Origin: an uncultured Dehalococcoidia bacterium | Lineage (GTDB): Bacteria; Chloroflexota; Dehalococcoidia; Dehalococcoidales; UBA1222 | Assembly (NCBI GenBank): GCA_903844845.1 | Contig: CAIMVG010000009.1 | Span: 8,204-72,203, forward strand | Length of the DNA stretch: 64,000 nucleotides | Reading direction: 5' to 3' | Shown: piece by piece, positions 18,320 through 31,336 of the stretch | Layout of the letters: each line of letters begins with the position of its first letter | Position numbering within the stretch: position 1 is the stretch's first letter | Translations under genes and position numbers: made by a program | Notes under the pieces: generated by a model | Seen by the model: the letters and a program-made list of their open reading frames with translations, nothing else | Told to the model about the DNA's origin: nothing | Database searches by the model: none

Positions 18320-18937
18320 ATGCCGATAAATTCTTCTGCCCGTTATTGCCCGTTTTGCGGAGAACCCGCACCTGCGGTCTGGGTTCATTGCGCCGCTTGC
18401 GGCAAGCAGTTGCCCGAACGGGATTTAGCACGGATCTCGGCCGCGTCCTCAGGCACCGCCAACCCCTCCCGTGACGGGAAATGGAGCAAGGCAATCGACC
18501 TCGTGCGCGATGGTGAACTGGACCAAGCTTCCGGGTGCCTGGCGGGGCTTATCGAGTCTTTCCCTCAAGACGCCGAAGCTATGGCGCTGATGGGTTCGAT
18601 ATACCTGCGCAAATACCAGGTTGACAAGGCCGCCCTTCTCCTGGAAAACGCCGTGGCGGCATCGCCAGGTTCCATCTTCGTGCGGGTCAAGACGGCTGAA
18701 TACTGGCTCGCATTGGGCGTGCCCGCCCGCGCCCTTGAAGAACTGGCCAGGGCGGAAACCCTCGCGGAGGGAGACCATGCGCTCCGCCGCGAGCTCAAAT
18801 TGTATTCCCTTAAAGTGAAGGCTTCCCAGGCGGGCAAAATAACGCACCAGGCGCCATCGATGCCCGGTTTCGGGCTTCCGGGTTTTCTCAAGAAAAAGCC
18901 TGCGCCGGAGTGCGAACTGCGGCCCAGAGTGAGGTGA
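18320..18937 (+). CDS. Zinc-ribbon + TPR protein
   Basis: CPFCG...CAACG followed by TPR-like helices; AAGGAGG RBS. Confidence 0.75.
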   Translation: MPINSSARYCPFCGEPAPAVWVHCAACGKQLPERDLARISAASSGTANPSRDGKWSKAIDLVRDGELDQASGCLAGLIESFPQDAEAMALMGSIYLRKYQVDKAALLLENAVAASPGSIFVRVKTAEYWLALGVPARALEELARAETLAEGDHALRRELKLYSLKVKASQAGKITHQAPSMPGFGLPGFLKKKPAPECELRPRVR

Positions 18938-18941
18938 AGAA

Positions 18942-19469
18942 TTGAATTACGGCATCGTGCCTATAGCCCTTTTATTCTGCATGCTAATAATCATGCTGAT
19001 GGGAATCATGCTGCCCATCGGAGCCAAAATCACGGGCAAATCGATTAAGGAGATCAGGCTTAATTTCCGAGAGCGCCTGCTGAAGCAGCGCATGAACGTT
19101 TACGCCATCGGGGCCGTTCTGCTGTTGACCGCGGTGACCCAGGTGGTTGCCATGTTCTGGGAACTGCTGGTGGTACTGGTCGTGATGATGCTGCTCATGA
19201 TGCGCGCCCGTTATCTCATCACCACCGAGGGCATCGCCATGAATAACGTAGTTTTCCGCCCATGGAAAGACTTCACCGGTTTTGAAATCAACAGCCGGGG
19301 CGTGAAACTGCTTCCCAAGGCCGGAATGCGGCCTTTCAACATCCGCCTCATCGGCGAACACAAGAAAGAGATCGTGGTTATGCTCAGACGCTATCTGCCG
19401 GCCCCTTATGCCGCGCCAACTGCCGGGGATCCCATGCTTAACAGGGTCCTCGCCAGGGTCATCGATTGA
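18942..19469 (+). CDS. Membrane protein (DUF5673/PH-like C-terminus)
   Basis: 3 hydrophobic segments then ITTEGI...PWKDFTGF; GAGGTG RBS, TTG start. Confidence 0.65.
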   Translation: MNYGIVPIALLFCMLIIMLMGIMLPIGAKITGKSIKEIRLNFRERLLKQRMNVYAIGAVLLLTAVTQVVAMFWELLVVLVVMMLLMMRARYLITTEGIAMNNVVFRPWKDFTGFEINSRGVKLLPKAGMRPFNIRLIGEHKKEIVVMLRRYLPAPYAAPTAGDPMLNRVLARVID

Positions 19470-19501
19470 GTGTTTATAACAAATAACGAAGGAGGAACAA
19501 G

Positions 19502-21082
19502 GTGAAATCTACCAAGGCAGGGCACTGGATCTTCTGGCTGTCGATAATCGGCATCGTCGCCGTTGCCATTATCGGCCTGACAGCCATGAAAACGCCCAGC
19601 GACCAAATACAAGGCGATACTACGGGCAATGCGACGGGCAGTGCGGAGAACCTGGTAGGCCTGGCTCCCGCCGATATCTCGCAAAGCCAGCTCGATAAAG
19701 CCGCCACGAACGAACCGTTCGCTTACCAATTGGCCACGGCCGTGAACGAGAACCGCCTGGCGTCCAACTTTATCTGGACGCTGATCTGCGGCTTTCTGGT
19801 CATGTTCATGCAGGCCGGGTTCGCCCTGGCGGAAACCGGCTTCTGCCGCGCCAAACACGCGGGCCATACCATGTTTATGAACTTCATGATCTATGCGCTC
19901 GGCATGCTGGGTTTCTATATCTGCGGTTTCGCCCTCATGATGGGAGGCGTCGGGTTGGTTGGCGTCTCCAACCTGGGCGGGCTGGCCCAGCTTAACAAGG
20001 AATTCACCATCGGCGGATGGGGCCTCTTCGGATACAAGGGCTTCTTCCTGTCCGGCAGCTCATATGACGTAAGCGTTGCCGTAATGTTCCTTTTCCAGAT
20101 GGTTTTCATGGACACGACCGCCACCGTTCCCACGGGTGCCATGGCCGAACGCTGGAAGACACTGCCCTTCATCATCTATGGTCTTTTCGTTGGGGCTATC
20201 ATATATCCTATCTTCGGCAACTGGGTCTGGGGCGGCGGCTGGCTGTCGCAGCTCGGGACCAAGGCCGGCCTCGGTGTGGGATACGTGGACTTTGCCGGCT
20301 CGGGCGTCGTCCATGCTATCGGAGGCTGGACAGCACTGGCCGGGGCCATCGTCCTGGGGCCCCGCCTGGGCAAGTTCAACAAAGACAAAACGCCTAACGC
20401 CATCCCCGGCCACAGCCTTATCCTGGGGGCCCTGGGCGTCTTTATCCTGGCTTTCGGCTGGTTCGGTTTCAACCCCGGAAGCACCCTCGGCGCATCGTTC
20501 TCGGGCAACCTGCGCATCGGCATGGTGGCCCTCACCACGATGCTTTCCTGCGCGGCATCCTCTTTGACATCCATGGCTTATACCTGGATGAAGAACGGCA
20601 AGCCTGATTTCGGCATGACCCTCAACGGCATGCTGGCCGGCCTGGTGGCCATCACCGCCCCCAGCGGCTTCGTCAGCCCGCAATGGGCCATTGTAATCGG
20701 CGGTGTGGCAGGCGTCTGGGTCTGCTTCGCCGTATGGTTCGTCGAAAACAAACTGCACGTCGATGACCCTGTCGGCGCTATCGCCGTACATGGTTTCAAC
20801 GGAGCTTTAGGCCAGCTGTGCGTCGGCCTGTTTGCCGACGGCACCATGAACTACAACGGCCTGGTAGTTAAAGGTCTGTTCTACGGCGACGCCAAACAGC
20901 TCCTGGCCCAGGTCATCGGGATGGTGGTGGCCTTCGTGTGGGCCTTCGGTATAGGCTTTGTTTTCTTCAAGATCCTGGACAAGACGATCGGTATGCGCGT
21001 ATCCCCCGAAGCGGAACTCGCCGGTTTGGACATCCCTGAAATAGGGGCGCCCGGCTACGGCCAGGAACTGATGCCCGCGTAA
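19502..21082 (+). CDS. amtB: Ammonium transporter (Amt)
   Basis: FMQAGFALAE, GAMAER, DFAGSGVVH, FGWFGFNPGS, DDPVGAIAVHG (twin His retained). Confidence 0.96.
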   Translation: MKSTKAGHWIFWLSIIGIVAVAIIGLTAMKTPSDQIQGDTTGNATGSAENLVGLAPADISQSQLDKAATNEPFAYQLATAVNENRLASNFIWTLICGFLVMFMQAGFALAETGFCRAKHAGHTMFMNFMIYALGMLGFYICGFALMMGGVGLVGVSNLGGLAQLNKEFTIGGWGLFGYKGFFLSGSSYDVSVAVMFLFQMVFMDTTATVPTGAMAERWKTLPFIIYGLFVGAIIYPIFGNWVWGGGWLSQLGTKAGLGVGYVDFAGSGVVHAIGGWTALAGAIVLGPRLGKFNKDKTPNAIPGHSLILGALGVFILAFGWFGFNPGSTLGASFSGNLRIGMVALTTMLSCAASSLTSMAYTWMKNGKPDFGMTLNGMLAGLVAITAPSGFVSPQWAIVIGGVAGVWVCFAVWFVENKLHVDDPVGAIAVHGFNGALGQLCVGLFADGTMNYNGLVVKGLFYGDAKQLLAQVIGMVVAFVWAFGIGFVFFKILDKTIGMRVSPEAELAGLDIPEIGAPGYGQELMPA

Positions 21083-21113
21083 CCTTATCGAAAGCGGAAT
21101 GTAAGGAGGAAAA

Positions 21114-21452
21114 GTGAAAAAAGTAGAAGCGATAATCCGTCCCGATAAACTGGGGTCGGTCAAAGCCGCCATCGCCGCGGTAGGCTACGGCGGGCTGACC
21201 ATCACCCAGGTGCAGGGGCATGGCAAACAGAAAGGTGTCAAAGAGATGTACCGCGGGGTCGAGTACACCGTGGACGTTCTCCAGAAGGTCAAGATAGAGA
21301 TCGTCGTCCCTGACGCCGACGTCGAAAAGATCATAGACGCAGTCGTGGGCGCGGGGCGCACCGGCTCCGTCGGCGACGGCAAGATCTTCATCTCCGACAT
21401 CCGGGACGCGGTAAGGGTCCGCACCGGCGAACGCGGCGACAAAGCGCTCTAG
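21114..21452 (+). CDS. glnK: Nitrogen regulatory protein P-II
   Basis: MKKVEAIIRP, GHGKQKG..EMYRGVEY, GDGKIFI, VRTGERG; directly after amt. Confidence 0.93.
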   Translation: MKKVEAIIRPDKLGSVKAAIAAVGYGGLTITQVQGHGKQKGVKEMYRGVEYTVDVLQKVKIEIVVPDADVEKIIDAVVGAGRTGSVGDGKIFISDIRDAVRVRTGERGDKAL

Positions 21453-21492
21453 CTACAGAGTAAAACGGTCCCGCGCGAGCGGGAATGGAGGT

Positions 21493-21528
21493 GCCGGGTG
21501 GGGCAGGGATGCTCCGCCCGGCCTTTTT
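21493..21528 (+). terminator. Intrinsic terminator after glnK
   Basis: gccgggtggggca/tgctccgcccggc stem followed by ttttt. Confidence 0.65.
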
Positions 21529-21947
21529 ATGCGCGGAGGATGGGACGGGGCGGCCCAGTGATAGTTCTTTTGCAGAAGGATGCGCCGGCGAGGCCCTGCC
21601 GATAGCCCTGGTGTAGCTGGTTTGGGTGAAGTTGTCCCTGCTTATGACAGGGATTCTTACGGGGAGGGGCTGGTTATTCCTCATCGGCCCGGCGGCAGCA
21701 GTCCTTTTCGCCAGGCGCGATTATGCGGACAGTTAGACGATTTGAGATGTTGAATGTACCCGGATATGCCGCATGCACAAGGCAGAGACAGGATACAGGG
21801 CCGTACAGGGCGGTTTTCGAAGGCTCGGGTTGGTACGGGCACGGCGGACTGCCGGAAGCGGGCAGTCTACGCGCATCTAAACTCCAACCACAGCGGCGCG
21901 GCGATGCCGGGCGGTCCGGGGTTTCGCGGGTCAGCCCCGGTCCCGCC

Positions 21948-23300
21948 TTATCCGTACCTCAGGATCAGGAGCAGCCAGCAGACGCCGACCACCAGTATCA
22001 TGGCCGGCACGGCAACTTTGCAGTACCGCCCCCAGCTGACCTTGTAACCTTCTTTTTCGGCGATAGACAGGCCCACAACGTTGGCCGAAGCCCCGATGGG
22101 CGTGCCGCTGCCGCCGATGTCCGTGCCAAGCGCCAGGGTCCATGCCAGTGCGGGCAGCGGCATGCCGGAAGCCGCCAGCCCCTTGATCACCGGAATCATG
22201 GTGGCCGCGAAGGGGATGTTGTCCACAACGGCGGAGGCGAAAGCGGATAACCACAAGATGATGGTCACCACCACTATGAACCTGCCGCCGGAGATTCGGC
22301 TGATGGAAGATGCCAGTGTTTTCAGCGCGCCGGTCTGTTCCAGGCCGGAAACGCAGATGAACAGCCCGAAGAAAAAGAGCAGGGTCTGCCAATCCACCTT
22401 TTTAAGGATATGAGAGGCGTCCTGACGCCCGAAGAACAGGGTCAGGACAGCGGCGATGACACCGATGAGAGCCACCGAGATGCCTGTCTGGGCATGGGTA
22501 ATGAGGAGTGCGACCACAAGCAGGAAAATGGCGATGAAGGTCGCGAAAACGCGGCGGTTTGATATGGCCGAGGAAGCCGCGGGGCAGGCGATCGGGGCGG
22601 CGTCCCCCCGGTCACGCGGGGTTTGCAGCTTCTTCCTGAAAACCAGGAAGAAGAAGCCCAGGGCTACGAAGAGCCCTATCCAGGCGATAAGGCCTGTGTT
22701 GACGACGAAATCGGAGAAGGAATACCCCAGGGCCGTGCCGATGATGATGTTGGGAGGGTCTCCCGCCATGGTGGCGCTGCCGCCGATGTTGGCGGCGAAG
22801 ATCTCGGAGATGATGACCGGCACGGGGTCGAATTTCATGAGGCGCGATAGCTCGATGGTGACGGTCGCGAAAAAGAGCAGCACTGTGATGCTGTCCATGA
22901 ACATCGAGAGGAAGCCCGAGAGCAGGGTGAAGGCCACCAATATCGAGACTGCCTTGTAATTTACGACGCGCGCCACCCAGAGGCACAACCAGCGGAAGAA
23001 GCCGCATTTGCCCAGACCCTCCACCATTATCATCATGCCGGCGATGAAGATGATGGTTTGCCAGTTGACGCCTGAAGACTCAAGGGGATGGTGCCCGGGG
23101 AGCCAGAAGGCCGCCTGGAAGAGCTGGCGGAAGTTGAGGACGGTGATAACCGTAGCCGGGCTCTGCATGGCCAGCAGGAAAACAATAAGGATGGTGAGGG
23201 CCCCGCCGGCGAGAGCGGGAAGGTGGCGGGGCACCTTGTTAAGGATGATGGCGGCGAACATCAGCAGGAAGATGACGACGGCGAAAATCTGTGCGTGCAT
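21948..23300 (-). CDS. ArsB/NhaD (SLC13-like, IT superfamily) permease
   Basis: ANIGGSATMAGDPPNIIIG, VDNIPF, GGSGTPIGASANVV. Confidence 0.88.
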   Translation of the reverse strand: MHAQIFAVVIFLLMFAAIILNKVPRHLPALAGGALTILIVFLLAMQSPATVITVLNFRQLFQAAFWLPGHHPLESSGVNWQTIIFIAGMMIMVEGLGKCGFFRWLCLWVARVVNYKAVSILVAFTLLSGFLSMFMDSITVLLFFATVTIELSRLMKFDPVPVIISEIFAANIGGSATMAGDPPNIIIGTALGYSFSDFVVNTGLIAWIGLFVALGFFFLVFRKKLQTPRDRGDAAPIACPAASSAISNRRVFATFIAIFLLVVALLITHAQTGISVALIGVIAAVLTLFFGRQDASHILKKVDWQTLLFFFGLFICVSGLEQTGALKTLASSISRISGGRFIVVVTIILWLSAFASAVVDNIPFAATMIPVIKGLAASGMPLPALAWTLALGTDIGGSGTPIGASANVVGLSIAEKEGYKVSWGRYCKVAVPAMILVVGVCWLLLILRYG

Positions 23301-23429
23301 AGGTGCAAATACTCACTTTCGGCAGGTTATTATCCGGGTACGGCAGTTTCCGCTCTACCCGGCCGCGCGAGAATTTATTATACCTGATTTCGGGGTATAC
23401 CGGCATGTGAAAATACAATATCAGCGGTG

Positions 23430-23759
23430 CTAGCCTTTGAACCTGTAACCGATTTTAGTTAAAGTAACGATCCGCTGCGGGCCATTCGGGTCCGCCCCGA
23501 TCTTTTTCCTGAGGCGGCATACATGGATGTCCACGGTGCGGTCAGTCTCCAGGGGGTCGTTTGCCCAGACTTCTTTTATTATCTGTGAGCGGCTGACGGC
23601 CCTGTTTCGATTATTTGTAAAGAACAGAAGAAGATCGAATTCTTTTAACGTGAGGTATACTTCCCTATCACCCAGGGTGACCTGGTGGGCGGAGATATCC
23701 AGTGTGAGTTTTTCGGATGCGGGATTGTTCCCTGCTTTTTCCAAGTTCGGGATCAACAT
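23430..23759 (-). CDS. Stand-alone OmpR/PhoB-type winged-helix DNA-binding protein (no receiver domain)
   Basis: LTLKEFDLL...SRSQIIKEVW...RTVDIHVCRLRKKI...GYRF. Confidence 0.85.
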   Translation of the reverse strand: MLIPNLEKAGNNPASEKLTLDISAHQVTLGDREVYLTLKEFDLLLFFTNNRNRAVSRSQIIKEVWANDPLETDRTVDIHVCRLRKKIGADPNGPQRIVTLTKIGYRFKG

Positions 23760-23814
23760 ATCGATTCCTCATAAGAGATCAGTCAACCTTATGCTCAAAT
23801 AATATAAGACGCGT

Positions 23815-23852
23815 GTTTCAGGCGCGTTACGTTCATGTGTCGCGTATGTTAA
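23815..23852 (-). promoter_or_regulatory. Array of GlnR/OmpR-type boxes upstream of the wHTH-permease genes
   Basis: Minus strand TTAAC-N6-GACAC-N6-GTAAC-N6-GAAAC; 11-bp period (23848, 23837, 23826, 23815). Confidence 0.65.
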
Positions 23853-23911
23853 TTGTTTCGCGGCCCGGGAATCTCTGCAATGACAACCAAAGCGCAACGG
23901 TTCATTCTAGA

Positions 23912-26098
<2,187 letters not shown>

Positions 26099-26113
26099 AA
26101 AGTTAGAGGGCAT

Positions 26114-27418
<1,305 letters not shown>

Positions 27419-27453
27419 GATTCCGATATATTTCCCCAACCGGCAGGAAGAAT

Positions 27454-27490
27454 AAAAAGCGAGGGGCGGCAATCAGCCGCCCCTCGCTTT
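27454..27490. terminator. Bidirectional intrinsic terminator
   Basis: aaagcgaggggcggc/gccgcccctcgcttt between convergent genes. Confidence 0.8.
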
Positions 27491-27508
27491 ATTTTAAACG
27501 GAATAAAT

Positions 27509-28384
27509 CTATTGTCCGGGGATAGAGATCAACTGGGCATCCGCGGGCAAAGTAAACGTGGAATCGGGGATCGTAGCGAAACTATAGTTGGTGTAGTCCA
27601 TCTGGCTTGTGCCCGACACTACCCTGATAGTCATGCCGTTCGCATTCGATATCCACATCTTAGAAACGACGCCTGAAGATGTGTATTGATAGATCGAACA
27701 AGCGACTCCGTTGACAGTTTCCGAGCCAACGTAGACCGGGGTGAAACTATTTATCGAAGTCGAATTGCTGGATGATGATGAATAAGACGACGCCATGGCT
27801 GCCGACATCTTATACGCCATTTTGCTTACCGGGTCGTAAAAGTAGTTTTATGTCCCGTCGAATATGATGACAGACGACCCTGTAGAGGCGATGATTTCCA
27901 TCCTGTATTTGGAAGGGTTGCCGCCTTTAATCCATTCTTTCATATTCTGGGTACCGTCCGGGGAGGTTATCTTGATTTCGACATAAAAATTTGCCGCCGC
28001 TTTGCCGAGAAGCGTAGACAGGTCATTCCCGGAAGCTGAAGTGGTCGGCGCCGCCGAGGTTGTGGCAGGCTTGGTTGTTGTCGATGCCGCTGCAGTAGTG
28101 GTTGGGGCAGTGGTGGTCGGGGCCGAAGTCGTCGAAGTGGTTGGAGGCTTCGAAGTTGTAGAAGGCGGCGTGCTGACCACCGAGGTAGTGGGTGCGCTGC
28201 TCGTCGTAGCGGCCGGTGTTGTAGTGGCCGGCTTGGAGGAAGTGGCTGCGGGGGTCGAAGCCATGGGTGCAGTGGTAGTGGGTTGGGATTGGGTGGTTGT
28301 GGTAGCGGATTTGCTTCCACCGCAGCCGATGAACAATGAAAAAATAACAACAAGAGCCAGAGGGATTCCAATCAGCTTTTTCAA
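27509..28384 (-). pseudogene. Thr/Ser-rich lipoprotein (DUF4412/LolA-like C-terminal domain) split by an in-frame TAA at 27848-27850
   Basis: Reads ...IIFDGT*NYFYDPVSKMAYK... in one frame; lipobox FIGC; C-terminal GSETVNGVAC..Y...PDSTFTLP. Confidence 0.7.
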
Positions 28385-28509
28385 ATTTCGTTCCTTTTTT
28401 CCGGCAGTTTCGGTTTTAATACCGGAATGAGTTATTGTAACATCTATTGGGTTAAAAGACTTGTATTCGACCGGTAAAAAGACAGAATAATTTCACGGCT
28501 GGATATATT

Positions 28510-28995
28510 TCACCCAATCGTTATATCAGCCGTTTTGTTGATATCGAGTCCCCCCTGGATATCGAGTTTTGCCTGCAGAAACCACCTTATTTGCCGGTTC
28601 GGGATGGCACCCGCCATCGCGGCTATCCCGGCGGCGATCTTGAGCCCCTGCGCCAGGCCGCTCCCCATCTCCGGCATCTGCGGTACACTGCCCAGGATGT
28701 TGGCAGGTATCTTTATCTCAAAGTGATAGTTCGCTTCCCCGCTGTACTCTTTTTCCTGGTCCAGCTGCTGTTTGAAGTCATAGATGCGGACGACCTGGGT
28801 TGTCTGCTGCATCCCCGTGCTGCCGGACACATGCTGCATGCTGGTAGTTTTTTGCTCCCCGACCAGGGATATGCTCATTTCCTTGGCTGTTACGGGTTTC
28901 TTTACCGAGAGTGAGATATCTCCAGCGATCATGTCCCCGGGGGCATAATTGGTCTTCTGTATCGAGATGTTGATTTTCCCTTTATCAAAAAACAA
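28510..28995 (-). CDS. Arrestin-N/SpoOM-like protein
   Basis: YAPGDMIAGDISL...YHFEIKIP...WFLQAKLDI; GGAGG RBS. Confidence 0.65.
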   Translation of the reverse strand: MFFDKGKINISIQKTNYAPGDMIAGDISLSVKKPVTAKEMSISLVGEQKTTSMQHVSGSTGMQQTTQVVRIYDFKQQLDQEKEYSGEANYHFEIKIPANILGSVPQMPEMGSGLAQGLKIAAGIAAMAGAIPNRQIRWFLQAKLDIQGGLDINKTADITIG

Positions 28996-29076
28996 TGTCG
29001 CCTCCTGCTAAAATAATGCTTTAAATATAGCACTACTTACGTATAAAACAAGACATATTTGTCGCGGATGAAATCG

Positions 29077-29295
29077 TTATTTCTGTTTATCGATGGCTTT
29101 TTGCAGGTCCTCGGACAATTCGATAAGCTTGTTGCGCATCTTTATTTTGCCGTTTCTGTCAGGCGGAGTGTAAAGCACGTTATACCATGCGTTGCCGGCC
29201 CAGCCGACCATCGCCCAGTATTCCATCTTGTCTTTAGTTTTGTCTTCGTAGTCGATCGCCACGTTCGAGATAGGCGTCTTTATTGTTTCAACCAT
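29077..29295 (-). CDS. Hypothetical protein
   Basis: 72-aa ORF with GAGGGG RBS and protein-like composition. Confidence 0.55.
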   Translation of the reverse strand: MVETIKTPISNVAIDYEDKTKDKMEYWAMVGWAGNAWYNVLYTPPDRNGKIKMRNKLIELSEDLQKAIDKQK

Positions 29296-29484
29296 GCAAC
29301 CCCCCTCTTAGATTTATCTGTGGAAATTATACAACACTGAACAATCCCTGTATCTAGGTTCCGCGGAATATGAAAAAAGTAACAAAAATGTCATCTTTTC
29401 AAGGGTATTGTTACAACTTCTTGATATCACCCGGATATTGTTTTCATAAACATTGCGATGAAATATATCATGGAGGACGCTGGA

Positions 29485-30033
29485 ATGAAGAACAAATCGT
29501 TGAAAGAGCCTTTCGGCCCTATCTCATGGTACGGTCTTGGCGTATCGCTCATGTTATTCGCTTTGGTCTCCGGGGGGTGCTCCAATACCGGAAAAGGCGC
29601 AACCACTTCAAGCCCCCCGCCCCAGACTTCGATTTCTTCCAGTGTGCCGGCGACATCCGGCACGTTCCCGCCGTCAACAAGTCCGGTGACTACAACCAGC
29701 CCGGTTACGACAACCAGTCCTGTATCGACAACCACTAAACCTCCGACGACGAGCACAGGCACGACACCGACCCCGAGCGGTTATGTGATCAATATCTATT
29801 GGGACATGGTCTACATTCCGTCCGGCATTACCGTCCCGGTTGGCAGCACCGTTACTTTAATCCTGGTCAATGGACCCGATTCGAGCCATCCGCTCGGATA
29901 CGATCCTCCTATCTCCTGGACGACTACTACTTCAGGGAAAGATACGTGGTTGACTTATACTTTCAATAAAGCCGGCACATACACATTCTTCTGCACCATT
30001 CACGGCGCTACCGGTTCGATACTGGTTGTCTAA
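29485..30033 (+). CDS. Cupredoxin-domain lipoprotein with Thr/Pro/Ser linker
   Basis: Lipobox SGGC; PSGITVPVGSTV, SSHP, FNKAGTYTFFCTIH. Confidence 0.8.
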   Translation: MKNKSLKEPFGPISWYGLGVSLMLFALVSGGCSNTGKGATTSSPPPQTSISSSVPATSGTFPPSTSPVTTTSPVTTTSPVSTTTKPPTTSTGTTPTPSGYVINIYWDMVYIPSGITVPVGSTVTLILVNGPDSSHPLGYDPPISWTTTTSGKDTWLTYTFNKAGTYTFFCTIHGATGSILVV

Positions 30034-30084
30034 CAGCCGGGGCCCGTCAGAGTCAAAGAAGAATTGAGGGATTTCGTAATAATG

Positions 30085-30119
30085 GCGAGGGGCTGTTCAC
30101 AAAGTGAACAGCCCCTCGC
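30085..30119. terminator. Hairpin between convergent genes
   Basis: gcgaggggctgttcac/gtgaacagcccctcgc perfect inverted repeat. Confidence 0.7.
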
Positions 30120-30140
30120 GCGATGTCGGAAAACAAACTG

Positions 30141-30557
30141 TTAATGAATCATGAAAGTACAAACCAGCGCGTTGTCCGTAGTTCCTGTGACAGTGGCAGC
30201 CTCTATTCCATCGACAAGAACCACGAGTTTGGAATCATAGGCGACTTTAGTTTTTATCTGGGCGGTAACCTCTACTTCGGTATTATTACCTGTTGAGAGC
30301 TTTACTTTTCCCGCGTGATCAGACGATATCACTGAACTCGGAAGACCTTCGGGGACGACAACATAAATCTTTATTTTTCCATTGATGTCGTGCGGATCTC
30401 CCTGTATCGAAGTCATGATGCTTACGGTGTGAGTGCCGATGCTCACGATGGGATCGACGTCACACCAATCCCAAATGGCCATTGCAGGAGCCGCGATCAA
30501 CAGAGTCGAAATCAATATAGCAAGGATGGCCGCGCCCCTTAATATCCAGTTCTTCAT
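30141..30557 (-). CDS. Secreted hypothetical protein
   Basis: Signal peptide ending APAMA; mature N-terminus IWDWCDVDP; beta-rich. Confidence 0.65.
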   Translation of the reverse strand: MKNWILRGAAILAILISTLLIAAPAMAIWDWCDVDPIVSIGTHTVSIMTSIQGDPHDINGKIKIYVVVPEGLPSSVISSDHAGKVKLSTGNNTEVEVTAQIKTKVAYDSKLVVLVDGIEAATVTGTTDNALVCTFMIH

Positions 30558-30776
30558 GTTATGACTCCTATATTAAAAACCCTACTTTAAGAGTAACGGA
30601 GGTTCCTGGACTAAACAATAGCCCGTTTGGGGCAGGCCCAAACAATCAGGCACGAACGATATAACTAGTTTGGTTTGTTTTTGGTAATCCCTGTGTTTGA
30701 TTGCCGGACAGAACCGAATAAACCGAGAGTGCTATTTAGAGATTTAAGGCCATCCCCGGCCTGAAATATAGATGAT

Positions 30777-31253
30777 TCAAATATTCCCGGGTTCTGACAG
30801 CGCCCTCCCGAAAATCCTTCCATATTCTTGGCAGGCTTTTATCCCTTCGCCGGTTTCAACGATATCCTCCCGGAGTGCCATGGGGCCCAGTTCGAAGGGT
30901 ATCATCCCCTTTGAGTCCTGGAGGGACTTGAACATTATCGCAGGGGCAAGGGTATCGTGGCTGTAGGAAACGTCGTGCGCGAAAGGCCCGAAGGCGCCGG
31001 CAAGCTTGTTTTTCAGATAAGGTTTCGGCAGGCCGGACAAGAAATTTTTCATCGGTTCCGGCACATCCGAGGAATATGTCGGAGCCCCGAATATATATCC
31101 GTCATATCCCGAGAAGTCTTCAGATACCTGAATATCAGCGATTTCCATAATAGCCGGCTCTCCGCCGGTGAAACGGATACCTTCGCCGATGTAAGCAGCC
31201 ATCTTTTGAGCCTCCCCCCCGGGGCTGAAATATGCGATGAGAACTTTAGTCAT
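30777..31253 (-). CDS. Flavodoxin-domain protein
   Basis: KVLIAYFS...YDGYIFGAPTY...LAGAFG...CQEYGR. Confidence 0.8.
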   Translation of the reverse strand: MTKVLIAYFSPGGEAQKMAAYIGEGIRFTGGEPAIMEIADIQVSEDFSGYDGYIFGAPTYSSDVPEPMKNFLSGLPKPYLKNKLAGAFGPFAHDVSYSHDTLAPAIMFKSLQDSKGMIPFELGPMALREDIVETGEGIKACQEYGRIFGRALSEPGNI

Positions 31254-31336
31254 TCCTGCCTCCTGACAACAATTTTGGTATCTCTTCACCGTTGACGTTC
31301 TCTGAAGAAAATCCCGAGAGATGACTGGAATCTTCG

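Noticed and set aside
27848-27850. Recoding (Sec/Pyl) at the lipoprotein's internal stop
   Set aside because: The codon is TAA and is not at a catalytic Cys or Lys position
29375-29415. GTAAC-N6-GTCAT and TGTTACA upstream of the cupredoxin as a third GlnR-type site
   Set aside because: Only one weak pair and no extended 11-bp array
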